Shown here: piece by piece, positions 20,511 through 33,853 of the stretch
Position numbering within the stretch: the stretch's first letter is position 1
Layout: each line of letters starts with the position of its first letter
Assembly: GCA_963827655.1 (NCBI GenBank)
Contig: CAWHCF010000044.1
Span: 32,001 to 96,000 of the forward strand
Length of the DNA: 64,000 nt
Reading direction: 5' to 3'
DNA from: an uncultured Acidobacteriota bacterium
GTDB lineage: Bacteria; Acidobacteriota; UBA6911
The notes under the pieces: generated by a model
The model's database searches: none
What the model was told of the DNA's origin: nothing
The model's input: only the letters and a program-made list of their open reading frames with translations
Made by a program: the position numbers and the translations under genes

Positions 20511-21187
20511 GGGCTGAGTTTGTATCCCACGCCATAGATCGTCAAGATGTGCTTGGGATTCTTGTAGTCCTCTTCAATCTTCTTGCGGAGCTTGACAATG
20601 AAATTATCCACCGTTCGGTTCGTGGGATACTTCTCGGTGCCCCAAACCTTGTCGAGAATCTCGTCTCTCGAAACCGGCTGGTTGGCGTTGGCATAAAGCA
20701 GCTTGAACAGCTCCACCTCGTAGTGAGAGAGCGAATGCTGTCTCTTGTTGCGGCTGACCGTGAAGTGCTTCACGTCGACCAGGCAGGAACCTATTCGAAC
20801 GACTTCCAGATCCTGGGCGTACTGTCCGGTGCGCCGGAGAATTGCCTTCACTCGGGCAAGAAGCTCGCCGACGCTAAAAGGCTTGGTCATATAGTCGTCG
20901 GCTCCCACCTCCAGACCCCGGATCTTGTCGTAATCCTGAGCTTTTGCCGTAAGCATGATGATCGGAGTGTTGAATTTCTGTCGCCGGATTTCCTCGCAGA
21001 TCTGATAGCCATTAATGTCCGGCAGCATCAGATCGAGAATGATGCAATCAGGCTCCTTCCGAGTCAGGAACTGCAATCCCTCTTTTCCGGTTCCCGCAGT
21101 AACCACATCGTAACCCTCGAACTCGAGAATATCCCTGAGCCCGCGAGCCATCTCCTGCTCGTCTTCTACAATCAAGATCCGTTGCAT
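20507..21187 (-). CDS. OmpR/PhoB-family response regulator
   Basis: ILIVEDE, LDLMLP, MLTAK, GADDYMTKPF, RTVDNFIVKLRKKIE, GVGYK. Confidence 0.95.
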   Translation of the reverse strand: MQRILIVEDEQEMARGLRDILEFEGYDVVTAGTGKEGLQFLTRKEPDCIILDLMLPDINGYQICEEIRRQKFNTPIIMLTAKAQDYDKIRGLEVGADDYMTKPFSVGELLARVKAILRRTGQYAQDLEVVRIGSCLVDVKHFTVSRNKRQHSLSHYEVELFKLLYANANQPVSRDEILDKVWGTEKYPTNRTVDNFIVKLRKKIEEDYKNPKHILTIYGVGYKLSP

Positions 21188-21294
21188 AGTAAGCTCGTTA
21201 AGCGGAGCGTTACTCGAATTTCGTTCGCCTCAAAGCAAGAAGCCGGGATCCAGAATCTCCGGCAACTTACTTCTGGTTCCCGGCTTCCGGTCAG

Positions 21295-22863
21295 CTAGGC
21301 TGAGACCCCTGCGGGGGCCTCGCGTATCGGAATCCGCAGCGTAAAGGTGCTCCCGTGTCCAGGTTCACTTTCGACCAGGACTTCCCCTCCGTGCATCTCT
21401 GCCACGTGCTTGGTAATCGCGAGACCGATGCCGCTTCCCCTGGTTTTCAGGACGGCGGCGTTGCTACCCCGGTAGAATTTCTCAAAAATCCTCTGCTGCT
21501 CGCTCCCCGGTATTCCCAAACCTTGATCCGCAACCGAGAGATCTATATAGCCATCATTCTTAATCACGCTCACGGTTATCTGCTTGTGATCCTCCGAATA
21601 CTTCACTGAATTATCGAGAAGGTTGAAGAACGCGAGGGTCAGGGAGTGGGCATCGGCCAGAGTCTCCGGCAGCGGATCTTCGAGCCGGCTCACGAGCTGG
21701 AATCCATCCTTCTGAATCCGGTAGCGGTAGGTCTCCAGTTCCCGCTTGACCAGATCGGCAATGTTGATTTTCTCGAAGTGTCTTGTCTGCGCCCCCCGCT
21801 CGAGCCGCGCGAAGTCCAGCAGATTGTTGATCAAACGGCTCATCCGATCGCTCTCTTTGTAGATGATCCGATAGTACTCAAGTTTGGATTCGTCATTCTT
21901 GACTCTGCCGGTGGTCAGAATCTCGCTGAACATCCGAATCAGAGCCAGGGGCGTCTTCAATTCATGGCTGACATTACCTATGAAGTCCGCCTTCAGCTGT
22001 ATGAGCTGCCGCTCTCGACGAACCACAAAATAAATGATCACCAGACTCAAAAAGATCAGAGAAATACTCATGATGATGAAAAAGAAATTGGTCCGTCGCT
22101 GCACTCGCGCGACCCTCTCCATCTCCGAGTAGTTGCGGGGAACCACCTGAAGCAGCCATTTGTAGAAGGTGCTGGGAAAGCGCGATTCGTGGAAGTACTT
22201 GACCCGGTCCAAGGGCGGGCCCGACACTCCATTGTTTTCATAGTCCACGACGCTGACGTAATACACGGAACGAAGATCTTTGAGGTACCTGTCGAGCAGA
22301 GCAAGGATCTTGCCGTGATTCATTTGAAAGCAGACCAGGATCTTCTCGCCGCGCCGGTTCTCCTTGATCACGTAGGAAGCGAAGAAGTAGTCTTCTCGAC
22401 GTTCTTTATGCAGGTGATTGGTCTCGTCGGGGCGGAGGCGGTCCAGATTCAGCTCCCTGGTCTTGAAACTCCGCATGAATGCGGAATAGAGATCCTTGAT
22501 CCCGGGGCTCCAGGCGGGATACAGAAGATTTCCGTTCAGCGAAAGGAACCAGACCTGGTCGACGCCTAAATCGGCTTTCTTGATCGCGTCGTTCACCTCC
22601 CGCCAGCGTGACTGGTCGTTCACGTCAGCCATGTTATAGAGGCTGCGGTCGTTGTCGATGATCTTCTGCTCGATGCGATCGACTTCCCTTTCCACCAGCT
22701 TGACATTGCTTCGTATCAGGCTGTCTTCCACAACATTTTCCCTGCCAACGGTGTACTTGTAGCTGAGGATGGTCAAGGTTGCCGTAGAAGCGCCGATCGC
22801 AACGATTGCGATCATAACTGCGGTCCGGTTGTAGAAAACGGGTGTCTTCATCGAGGGCGTCAT
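21295..22863 (-). CDS. Sensor histidine kinase
   Basis: Two TM segments flanking a periplasmic domain; [35 protein letters not shown]. Confidence 0.95.
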   Translation of the reverse strand: MTPSMKTPVFYNRTAVMIAIVAIGASTATLTILSYKYTVGRENVVEDSLIRSNVKLVEREVDRIEQKIIDNDRSLYNMADVNDQSRWREVNDAIKKADLGVDQVWFLSLNGNLLYPAWSPGIKDLYSAFMRSFKTRELNLDRLRPDETNHLHKERREDYFFASYVIKENRRGEKILVCFQMNHGKILALLDRYLKDLRSVYYVSVVDYENNGVSGPPLDRVKYFHESRFPSTFYKWLLQVVPRNYSEMERVARVQRRTNFFFIIMSISLIFLSLVIIYFVVRRERQLIQLKADFIGNVSHELKTPLALIRMFSEILTTGRVKNDESKLEYYRIIYKESDRMSRLINNLLDFARLERGAQTRHFEKINIADLVKRELETYRYRIQKDGFQLVSRLEDPLPETLADAHSLTLAFFNLLDNSVKYSEDHKQITVSVIKNDGYIDLSVADQGLGIPGSEQQRIFEKFYRGSNAAVLKTRGSGIGLAITKHVAEMHGGEVLVESEPGHGSTFTLRIPIREAPAGVSA

Positions 22864-23034
22864 TTTAACTTATTTAGTTCTTCGTGTCTTCGTGCTAAGT
22901 GGGCCGACCATCACTCCACCACCAAACCCGGGATGCGAAATGCCACCGGTACAAGCTTGTTTACAGTGCCGACAGCAGATTGATAGAGTGAATTTTTGCT
23001 GTCGGGACGCAATGAACTTTACCGAGAGGGCTTT

Positions 23035-23802
23035 ATGCAGATCCAAGGCAGTACGTTCTTGATTAGCGGCGGCAGCTCAGGTCTGGGCGCCGCCTGTGTT
23101 CGCACCCTCGCACGATCGGGAGCTCGCGTAGTAATCGCCGACCTGAACAGTGCCGGGGGAGAAGCGCTGGCTGTGGAATTTGGTCCAGAGGTCCATTTCG
23201 TTCAGACCGAGATCACGGATGAAGCAAGCGTGCAAAATGCCGTTGACACTGCAGTGCAGGGATTCGGCCCTCTCCGAGGTGTCGTCAACTGCGCGGGAAT
23301 CGGAAATGCCGAACGAGTGATAGGCAAGACCGGGCCGCATTCCTTGAACACGTTCTCCAAGGTCATTAGCGTAAATCTTATCGGAACTTTCAACGTGCTT
23401 CGTCTAGCCGCTGCAGCTATATCGCGAGCCGAACCTCGAACGGGCGGCGAGCGCGGCGTCATCATCAACACCGCCTCGGCCGCAGCCTTTGACGGTCAGA
23501 TCGGTCAGGCGGCCTACTCCGCGTCAAAAGGCGGGATTGTTTCCATGGCCCTTCCAATCGCGCGCGAACTGGCGCGGTTCGGAATCCGGGTCGTGACCAT
23601 CGCGCCTGGAATCTTCGACACTCCCCTCCTGGCTAAACTTCCGGAGCCGGCCAAGCGGTCTCTGGGAGAACAGGTTCCTTTCCCTCGACGTCTCGGACGC
23701 CCCGAGGAATTCGCCGTCCTCGTCGCGCATATCATTGAGAACGAAATGCTCAACGCCGAGGTGATCCGCCTTGACGGTGCGCTGCGCATGGCTGAGAAGT
23801 AG
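23035..23802 (+). CDS. SDR 3-hydroxyacyl-CoA dehydrogenase (HSD10-like)
   Basis: [37 protein letters not shown]. Confidence 0.92.
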   Translation: MQIQGSTFLISGGSSGLGAACVRTLARSGARVVIADLNSAGGEALAVEFGPEVHFVQTEITDEASVQNAVDTAVQGFGPLRGVVNCAGIGNAERVIGKTGPHSLNTFSKVISVNLIGTFNVLRLAAAAISRAEPRTGGERGVIINTASAAAFDGQIGQAAYSASKGGIVSMALPIARELARFGIRVVTIAPGIFDTPLLAKLPEPAKRSLGEQVPFPRRLGRPEEFAVLVAHIIENEMLNAEVIRLDGALRMAEK

Positions 23803-23889
23803 CAGTAGGCAGCAGGCGGAAAAGTTTCCCTGATCTGGTTTCCTGGTGTTACGGCGGTAGAACCACAATCCGCATTCTGAAATTCGCAA

Positions 23890-24124
23890 TGGGAAGGGGT
23901 GGGAGGCCCGAATCTGACGACCGGGCCTCATCTTCACAGCAGGCTTAAGGTAGGAGCGGTCCCGCTCAACGTGACCGCTTTCAATGGTGGGTTTTTTGCT
24001 CGCGCTTCGTTAAAAAATGTTATCAGTGCAACCTTCGCCAAAAGGATCACCCGAGTGAAGAGTAATCTCTTAACTCCAGAATAAAACCCCTACGGTTTAC
24101 AGGGATGCTTGACGTGCCGCGCGT
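23890..24124 (-). ncRNA. Candidate sigma54-dependent small RNA
   Basis: Lies downstream of a -24/-12 motif in a convergent intergenic region; two strong 3' hairpins (AGCGGTC..GACCGCT and GAGGCCCG..CGGGCCTC); no ORF with a good RBS. Confidence 0.45.
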
Positions 24125-24135
24125 AATAAATATAC

Positions 24136-24150
24136 GCATCACGCATGCCA
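24136..24150 (-). promoter_or_regulatory. Sigma54 (-24/-12) promoter-like motif
   Basis: Minus strand TGGCATGCGTGATGC has GG-N10-GC spacing; IHF-like AATCAAGGGTTTT at 24235-24247 and AT-rich TGT..ACA elements at ~24319-24348 lie upstream. Confidence 0.6.
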
Positions 24151-24493
24151 ATGACGGCGGTGGGCCAAGTTTTGGTGCAGGACTGATCTTTTTTGATGAA
24201 CGACAGGGCAGGTTCAAAGCCCGGGCGAAGTCAGAATCAAGGGTTTTCACTGTTGAGATGACGTGACTTACGGAGAATCACGCGTCGAACGCAGGACCAG
24301 TGTCGCGAAAGCTTGATCATGTGAATTTTTAACAAAGAGTTAACACAAGATCGTCACTTCACAACGAAAGTGAGTCGAAAAAGTTCAAGGAAGCGGGGAA
24401 ACTTTCCCGGCATTGCCTCAGAGTCCGCTCACCTTCCGATTGGTCAGGCAAGATAGAGACAGGATGCCGGGACGAAGAGTTCGAATGACTCTA

Positions 24494-25428
24494 CTAACCC
24501 ATTCTCCGCCGCTGCAACTCGTCGAAGGTGACGGCGAGAACTATCACGGAGCCAATGATGATCTGCTGAAGGAATGGGGAAACACCCAGCAAGTTACACC
24601 CATTGCTGAGAAGGCCCATGATCAGAGAACCGACAATCGTCCCGGGGACAGAGCCCTGGCCACCGTTCAAGCTGCCGCCCCCAATCACGACAGCCGCAAT
24701 TACGCGCAGTTCATATCCCTCACCCGCAGTCGGCTGCCCGGTGACCAGCCTGGCGGCCTCAATCATTCCAGCCCATCCGGTCAAGGCACCCCCCAACGCA
24801 TAGACCACGAGGGTGTATTTCCCAAGGGGTATTCCTGAACAGCGCGCCGCCTCGGAGTTACTGCCAATGGCATAGCTGTAGCGTCCCAATCTTGTGTACT
24901 TCAGAATGAAATGAACCAGTACGGCGACTGTGAGCAAGAACAACATCGGTACCGGAATAACTCCCAGCACGCTACCCGTAGCGAGGACGCCGAAATCGCG
25001 GGTTAAGTTTGCCACGGGAATTCCTCCGGTCAGGATCAGTGTCAGGCCGCGATAGATACCCATGGTCCCGAGGGTTGCGATAAATGGAGGGATCTTCAGA
25101 GCGGTGATTGCGGCGCCATTGGTAAACCCGCAGACTGTGCCGACTAGTATCGCTCCCACAAGCGCAAGAGCTGTCGGAAGTTGAGAAGCAATAAGCATAG
25201 CCCCGCAAACACCGGCTAGTCCCACAATAGAACCGACCGACAGATCGATACCTCCCGAAGCGATTACGACCGTCATGCCGATCGCCATGATTGTGATCAC
25301 GGTGGTCTGGCGTACGACGGAGGACAGGTTATTTACGGTCAAAAAATAAGGAGAAGCTAGCGAGAGCGACAGGAATAGAACTGTGAGACTGATATAAGGA
25401 ATAAACCGCTTAAGGGTTTCTCGGCCCA
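24494..25428 (-). CDS. Sugar ABC transporter permease (RbsC-like)
   Basis: GGIDLSVG, IPPFIATLG, AIGSNSEAA, IAAVVIGG; start at MGRETLKRF. Confidence 0.93.
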
Positions 25429-25643
25429 TGACCCTGACTTGCGTAAAAAGAGAGACCAGCCCTGTTTTCGAAGCAAGATTTCCCACTCGTGGATTCCTGC
25501 TCCCTTGGAAAGCATCCACCGGAGAGCTTCCACGCCAGGAACCGCGCCGGCAACCCACGCGCATGACGCGCAGGCGGGCGCGAACGAAGCCGTTGTGCCT
25601 TCCTGTCCGGCTCTTTGATTCCGACCGCGGAGAGATCTCCGGT

Positions 25644-27134
25644 CTATTGCACCAGGGCTGCATGCCGCATGATTTCTTCCTGGCTGGTGCGCTGCGTTTC
25701 CAATTCAGCCACAAACTCGCCGCGGCGCATAACTGCAATCCGATGGCTCATTCCCAGAAGCTCCAGCAGATCGGAAGAAATCATCAGGATCGCCCCTCCC
25801 CCGCCCACAATGTCTTTCATCAGCTTGTAGATTTCGGCACGAGCTCCGAGATCGACCCCCTGGGTGGGTTCATCGAGAATAAGAACACCGGAGCCGGCGA
25901 ACAGCCAGCGTGCAATGAGAGCCTTCTGCTGGTTTCCTCCACTGAGGCGGTAGACCGGTTCACTCTCCGAGCGCGCCCGAATATCAAGCTTCCGGATGAG
26001 GCTTCGGCAGGCGCGCGCTTCATCCTTCAACCTCAGAACGAAGCCCCGCTCCACTCTCTCCAACGCTGCGATGGATATATTGTGGACGAGTGACAAGTGC
26101 GGGAAGAGGCTGGTGATTTTACGATCCTCTGTCAGATAGGCGAGACCGGCCTCGATCGCGTCCCCGCTACTTCTGAAAGCTACCTCGCGGCCGCGCAATA
26201 GAACGGAACCTTGGTCAGGAGGGTCCAGTCCAAAGATGCCCTGAGCCAGAGCGGTTCGTCCGGCGCCCACCAAACCCGCCAACCCCAACACTTCCCCTCG
26301 ACGTAAGAAGAACGAAATGTTGCGATATTTGCTTCCTTTACTCAGGCCCCGAACTTCCAGCGCTGTATCGTCGGTGGGGGCGGCGCGCGGAGGGTAGAGA
26401 TCCTTTATTTCGCGACCCACCATGTAGCGAACAATATCCATGGCGGTGACCGCGGCGAATTCGCCTGAAAAGACGCGGCGCCCGTCACGAAGAATCGTGA
26501 CGCGGTCGGCGATTCGAGGAAGCTCCTCCATTCGGTGCGAAATGTAGACCACGGCCATGCCACGGTTTCTGAGATCGCGGATTATGCGAAACAGCTCTTC
26601 GCTCTCGGCCTGAGATAGCATCGAGGTAGGCTCGTCCATGACCACGACCCTGGTAGCAACCGTCAGGGCTCGGGCGATTTCGACCATTTGTTTCTCCGCC
26701 GTCGTGAGGCGGACGACTCGGACGGACGGGTCCAGTGAAAAGCCGTGGCGGCGAAGCGTTTCCCGGGCCGCTCGAGTCATTTCGTTATTCTTGAGAATTC
26801 CCAAACGCCCGGTCGGTTCGGTTCCCAGATAGATATTTTCGGCCACGGTGAGGTGCGGCGCGAGGGTATGCTCCTGAAAAATCATGCTGATTCCGGCCCG
26901 GCGCGCGTCGTGGGGTTGTGAGATATGGATTTCCTGGCCGAGCATTCGCATGGAGCCGCCGTCGCGGGAGTAGACACCATTCAGGATCTTCATCAGTGTC
27001 GATTTACCCGCCCCGTTCTCTCCCACGAGCGCGTGGACTTCGCCTGGCTGCAGTGTCAGCTCAACATCATCGAGAACGAGATTCCCGCCGAATGATTTCC
27101 GGATTCCTTTCATCTCGAGAAGGGGGGCTGGCAT
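25644..27134 (-). CDS. Sugar ABC transporter ATP-binding protein (RbsA/MglA-like)
   Basis: GENGAGKST, MDEPT, YISHR, LSGGNQQK. Confidence 0.95.
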   Translation of the reverse strand: MPAPLLEMKGIRKSFGGNLVLDDVELTLQPGEVHALVGENGAGKSTLMKILNGVYSRDGGSMRMLGQEIHISQPHDARRAGISMIFQEHTLAPHLTVAENIYLGTEPTGRLGILKNNEMTRAARETLRRHGFSLDPSVRVVRLTTAEKQMVEIARALTVATRVVVMDEPTSMLSQAESEELFRIIRDLRNRGMAVVYISHRMEELPRIADRVTILRDGRRVFSGEFAAVTAMDIVRYMVGREIKDLYPPRAAPTDDTALEVRGLSKGSKYRNISFFLRRGEVLGLAGLVGAGRTALAQGIFGLDPPDQGSVLLRGREVAFRSSGDAIEAGLAYLTEDRKITSLFPHLSLVHNISIAALERVERGFVLRLKDEARACRSLIRKLDIRARSESEPVYRLSGGNQQKALIARWLFAGSGVLILDEPTQGVDLGARAEIYKLMKDIVGGGGAILMISSDLLELLGMSHRIAVMRRGEFVAELETQRTSQEEIMRHAALVQ

Positions 27135-27145
27135 ATATTTCCGGG

Positions 27146-28153
27146 CTATTTCAGGTACTTCTCGATGGGTGGATTCACCAGTTCCTGGATGGGCGGGTCA
27201 TTCAGGTTGGCGGACGTAACGACAGTGGCGCCAGTATCAATGCGCTTCTCGGGAGTGCGTCCTCGAAGCTGATCTACCAGGGTCTTGACCGCCAGATATC
27301 CCATGCGAAAGGGATTCTGAACCACCAGCGAGTCGATCGAACCCGACTGCAAATCCTGGATGAGCGTGGCTGAAGTGTCGAACCCGACAATCTTGAGCCT
27401 GCCGGCGACCCCTTTGGATTTTGCCGCTTGAACCGCCCCTAGTGTCCCCGATTCGTTGCTGCAAAAGATTCCCGAGAGGTTGGGGTGCGCGGTAAGAATG
27501 TCTTCGGCTACCGCCAGCCCTTTCGCCCGGTCAGACATGCCATATTGAAACTCCACGATCTGCAGCAATGGGAATCTTGACGCGACTGTCTGCCGGAAAC
27601 CGTTTTCCCGTTCGGTGGTGGAGACGCTTCCTGGAATTGTCCCTATCATTGCGATTTCACCACCGCCGGGCAGGATCTCTCCCATGCGCTCGGCTGCTAA
27701 AATGCCGCCCCTATGGTTATCGGTCGAGACGTAACTCAGGTACTTGGTCGACTGAATTCCCGAGTCAAAGATGGTCACCAGGATACGCTCCTGAGCGGCG
27801 CGCTCGACAATGGGTACAAGAGATTCGCCGTGCGATGGGGCTAGCGCAATACCGTCAACGCGCTGGTTGACAAAGTCTTCGACGATGCTGATCTGGCGCG
27901 AGAAATCAATCTCGGAAGCCGGGCCGTTCCACCGTATCTCAGCGCCAAATTCCTGGCCTGCGGCTCTCGCTCCTGCGTGAACCGTCTGCCAAAAGACATG
28001 GGCTTGTCCCTTCGGCACGACCGCAATTACGAGCTGATCCCTTTGCTTACAGGCTGCTCCGGCAATCAATGCCACTGGCAATGCGAAATGAAGTAGAACT
28101 CTGGCCACACGCATCCAAGACCTCTTCCTGCCAGGATTTTTTCTCATGGACAC
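27146..28153 (-). CDS. Sugar ABC transporter substrate-binding lipoprotein
   Basis: Lipobox-like GAAC, VVPKG..HVFW, VSTDN, IVGFD, VQNPFRMGY. Confidence 0.92.
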   Translation of the reverse strand: MSMRKNPGRKRSWMRVARVLLHFALPVALIAGAACKQRDQLVIAVVPKGQAHVFWQTVHAGARAAGQEFGAEIRWNGPASEIDFSRQISIVEDFVNQRVDGIALAPSHGESLVPIVERAAQERILVTIFDSGIQSTKYLSYVSTDNHRGGILAAERMGEILPGGGEIAMIGTIPGSVSTTERENGFRQTVASRFPLLQIVEFQYGMSDRAKGLAVAEDILTAHPNLSGIFCSNESGTLGAVQAAKSKGVAGRLKIVGFDTSATLIQDLQSGSIDSLVVQNPFRMGYLAVKTLVDQLRGRTPEKRIDTGATVVTSANLNDPPIQELVNPPIEKYLK

Positions 28154-28340
28154 GATGGAAATAGTGACACCGGCACCTTTTCTTTCGGCCCTGAAAAATC
28201 CCGCGCACCCCGCAAAGTCTGCCGTGAAAAAAAGCTCCTGTCACCCTATTTCCCCAAAGAACCTTGCGTTAAGGTTCCCAACCATGTGAAATTAGCGCCA
28301 TGCAAAAAAGGACAATGGTTCATCGCGGGCGGAGAGAAGC

Positions 28341-29240
28341 ATGAGACCTGAAGGCGCTCTGGTCGCCATGGCGACGCCGTTACGCGAGAATGGAGCGATA
28401 CATCGCCAAACGCTTCGCCAAATGGTCGATTTCCTGATCGAGCGCGGTGTGGACGGGATTTTCGCCGCGAGCACAGTCGGGGAGTTTGTCCATCTTACGG
28501 CGCCGCAGCGCCACGAGCTGGTCAGCCTGGCGGTTGAGTACGCCGATGGCCGCGTACCGGTGCTGGCTGGCGCCGGCGATGTCACCGCCGCCCGCGTGGT
28601 TGAGCATTGCCGTGAGTTCAAGAAGGCCGGAGCTTCTTTCGCCACGGTGTTGCCGCCGTATTACTATGTAATAAGCCAGGAGGATCTCGTCGCTCACTAC
28701 CAGAGAATCGCCGATTCGATCGACATTCCTCTGGTCGTTTACCACATCCCCCAGTTCTCAAATCGAATGAGCGTTACGACCATGCTCAAGATAATCAAGA
28801 GCTGCGGGGCCGTGGCCTTGAAGAACAGCAATACCGATGTGGCTGAAATGATGGTGCTGCTTAATGAATTGCGGAGCACCACCGTCAGCTACCTGGTAGG
28901 ACCCGACGAGTTGATATTTACGGGACTGGAGCTGGGAGCAAGCGGCTGCATGTCCGGACTCACCGGGATCATCCCGGAAGGCGTCCGGGCAATGATCGAC
29001 GCCTTTCGAACCGGCAATGTGGAGTTTGCCAGGAAAATACAGTATGCCTTTCTGGAACTCCTGCAGCTGGCGTCGGATATTCCCTTTCCCCTGTCATACA
29101 GGGTTCTGATGACAACTCGCGGGTTCGACATGGGACCGCCCGTCCAGGCTCACTCGGCTGCTACCCTGAAGAAAGCTGAGCAACGAAGAACACCCCTGGC
29201 TCGCAAGATCGAAAGCATCCTCAAGACGCTGAGCGCCTAG
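28341..29240 (+). CDS. Dihydrodipicolinate synthase/NAL-family aldolase
   Basis: AMATP, STVGE, GRVPVLAG, PPYY, YHIP, Schiff-base Lys in ALKNS; divergent from the ABC operon. Confidence 0.88.
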   Translation: MRPEGALVAMATPLRENGAIHRQTLRQMVDFLIERGVDGIFAASTVGEFVHLTAPQRHELVSLAVEYADGRVPVLAGAGDVTAARVVEHCREFKKAGASFATVLPPYYYVISQEDLVAHYQRIADSIDIPLVVYHIPQFSNRMSVTTMLKIIKSCGAVALKNSNTDVAEMMVLLNELRSTTVSYLVGPDELIFTGLELGASGCMSGLTGIIPEGVRAMIDAFRTGNVEFARKIQYAFLELLQLASDIPFPLSYRVLMTTRGFDMGPPVQAHSAATLKKAEQRRTPLARKIESILKTLSA

Positions 29241-29335
29241 GAGAGACAGGAGAGTATCCGATAAGATGCTTCGCGTAGCAGAAACCAACCTCTTAAGACG
29301 CGAAGACTCGAAGAAAGGCTAAGAACCTCTAGCGG

Positions 29336-31855
<2,520 letters not shown>

Positions 31856-31938
31856 CTCGACCTCAGCAAATCTTGGAGCTAAAGAGAAACACGTGCAGAC
31901 TGCCGGCTCCGACGTTCGGGAATCAGCCTGCCAATACC

Positions 31939-32172
31939 TTACCGACGACGGATCACGCGCGTCACCAGAAAGAAGCGGTAAAAACCATAGGCCAGGAACA
32001 AAGCTCCGGTGACCAGCACAATCTCACTGTGCAAAACCTTCCAATACTGGTAGATAAGGAACGCCCCTCCCACTACGTAAAGGAGGGAGGGAACCTGCTG
32101 CAACCAAATCAACCAAACTCTGGCGGGCTTGCCTCTTTCAGAAGAATCCTTTTCTCGAAGGCGAAGCGCCAT
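31939..32172 (-). CDS. Small two-TM membrane protein
   Basis: 77 aa, two hydrophobic segments, basic C-terminus; co-oriented with hppA. Confidence 0.6.
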   Translation of the reverse strand: MALRLREKDSSERGKPARVWLIWLQQVPSLLYVVGGAFLIYQYWKVLHSEIVLVTGALFLAYGFYRFFLVTRVIRRR

Positions 32173-32436
32173 ACGCTTGCTCGAAGGCCCGCAATTCTCG
32201 ACAGCTTTCTACAGCGCCAGCAGATCCAGGCTTTTTTGTTGACGAACGCCGACTGACTGCTCCTAACGGCAAGCTTTGAGTCGGAGATTATACTCTCTGG
32301 ATTTCGCGAAATGAATACCAAAACCAGGGTGTTTTATCCCGGGTGTTTTCGCGTCACTCGTCGGCGCTTCCTCGCTTTTTTAGCACTCTTCTAAGTCCTT
32401 CTTCATTAGTGTCTTTGTGGTTAGCGCAAATCACGT

Positions 32437-32979
32437 CTAGGGTGCGAAAACCAGGCGGCAGACGACGACCGCAGCAATGAAACTCACGAGATCAGCAAAC
32501 AGGCCCGCAAGAACCGCGTGTCGTGGCCTCTTGATCCCAACGGCCCCGAAGTAGACCGCCAGAACATAGAAGGTGGTTTCGGTACTGCCGTAGATGGAAG
32601 CCGCGAGGCGAGCGATGAAGGAATCAGGACCGTGCGTCTTCACCAGTTCGGTCACAATCCCAAGCGAACCGCTCCCTGAAAGTGCCCGCATGATGCCCAG
32701 CGGAAGGATTTCCGCAGGTATCCCAACGCGCGCCAGCATCGGGTCAAGCCAGTTCGCCAGCAGATCGATACCTCCCGCTCCACGAAGCATCCCCACGGCA
32801 ACGAGGATTGCCACCAGGTACGGAATGATTCGCACTCCGACTTGAAAGCCTTCCTTTGCCCCCTCGACGAAACTTTCGTAAACCTTCACGCCGCGGGCAG
32901 CGCCGTAGAGAGGAATCCCGATCAGGAACACGGGTATCGCCCATATTGAAATCAGGTTAATGACGCTCTGGACCATCAA
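32437..32979 (-). CDS. spmB: Spore maturation protein B-like (Gate domain)
   Basis: VKVYESFVEGAKEG, LSGSGS, HGPDS, GSTETTFYVLAVYFG. Confidence 0.93.
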   Translation of the reverse strand: MMVQSVINLISIWAIPVFLIGIPLYGAARGVKVYESFVEGAKEGFQVGVRIIPYLVAILVAVGMLRGAGGIDLLANWLDPMLARVGIPAEILPLGIMRALSGSGSLGIVTELVKTHGPDSFIARLAASIYGSTETTFYVLAVYFGAVGIKRPRHAVLAGLFADLVSFIAAVVVCRLVFAP

Positions 32980-33110
32980 TCAACCCCTCCGCCCAAGTCC
33001 AGCCGGAAAGTCCCCGCGAGATTGATTCCTCTCGGCGAGATCGCCGGCCGGATAGCAGGAACAAGCAGACAAGAACAAGAGGATCGAGGCTCCCTCCTGC
33101 TCCACGCTCC

Positions 33111-33725
33111 TCATCTGTCATGGGTCCGTTGCGCTTCCTCGACGGAAAAGATCGGGAGCTTCTCGAGCATCTTTGCCGCCGACAGACCGAAAACCAGCGA
33201 AATCGCGGTCGCGGCAAATGTGGTGCCGATGATGGCGGTCGGGTCCGTCGAGCCTGCCGACGCCATCAAGCTAACCATCGACGCGGGAATCAGTTGCACG
33301 CCGGCCGTGTTGACCGTGAGAAACATGCACATGGCGTTGGTGGCGACCCCCGGTTTCGGGTTGAGCGATTCCAGGTCTTCCATGGCCTTAAGCCCGAGAG
33401 GGGTAGCCGCATTGTTCAATCCCAGCATGTTCGCGGAGATATTCATCAGCATGCTTCCCATCGCGGGGTGATCACGGGGCACATCGGGGAAGAGCCAGCG
33501 CATAACCGGAGCAATAAGCTTCGCCAGGAGCTTGATCAAGCCGGCATCTTCGGCAATCTTCATGATTCCCAGCCAAAGCGCCATGACTCCAATCAGACCG
33601 ATGGCAATGGTGACCGAATTTCCCGCCGAATCGATGGCCCCCTTGGTCACGGCTTCTATTTTCCCGTTGATTCCCCCCAGTATGACTGCAAGAATAACCA
33701 GGCCAAGCCAGATGTAGTTGAGCAC
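33111..33725 (-). CDS. spmA: Spore maturation protein A-like (nucleoside recognition domain)
   Basis: MLNYIW, WLGIMKIAE, LFPDVP..HPA, ANMLGLNNAATPLGLKAM. Confidence 0.93.
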   Translation of the reverse strand: MLNYIWLGLVILAVILGGINGKIEAVTKGAIDSAGNSVTIAIGLIGVMALWLGIMKIAEDAGLIKLLAKLIAPVMRWLFPDVPRDHPAMGSMLMNISANMLGLNNAATPLGLKAMEDLESLNPKPGVATNAMCMFLTVNTAGVQLIPASMVSLMASAGSTDPTAIIGTTFAATAISLVFGLSAAKMLEKLPIFSVEEAQRTHDR

Positions 33726-33853
33726 GATTCAGCCTCTGGAAGCAGCGCTTCCGCAAAACCCTTGAGATCCTGAGGGCGTATTGGGCCGCCGGAACGAATG
33801 TGTGCCACTATAAAAGCGCCCCCTTCTCCGCGTCAACGAATTAACTGATTTCT

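Noticed and set aside
24026-24042. Second sigma54-like motif TGGCGAAGGTTGCA on the minus strand
   Set aside because: GG-to-GC spacing is 8 nt rather than the required 10.
25429-25738. Long N-terminal extension of the ABC permease
   Set aside because: Overlaps the ATPase gene and is non-hydrophobic; homology starts at MGRETLKRF.
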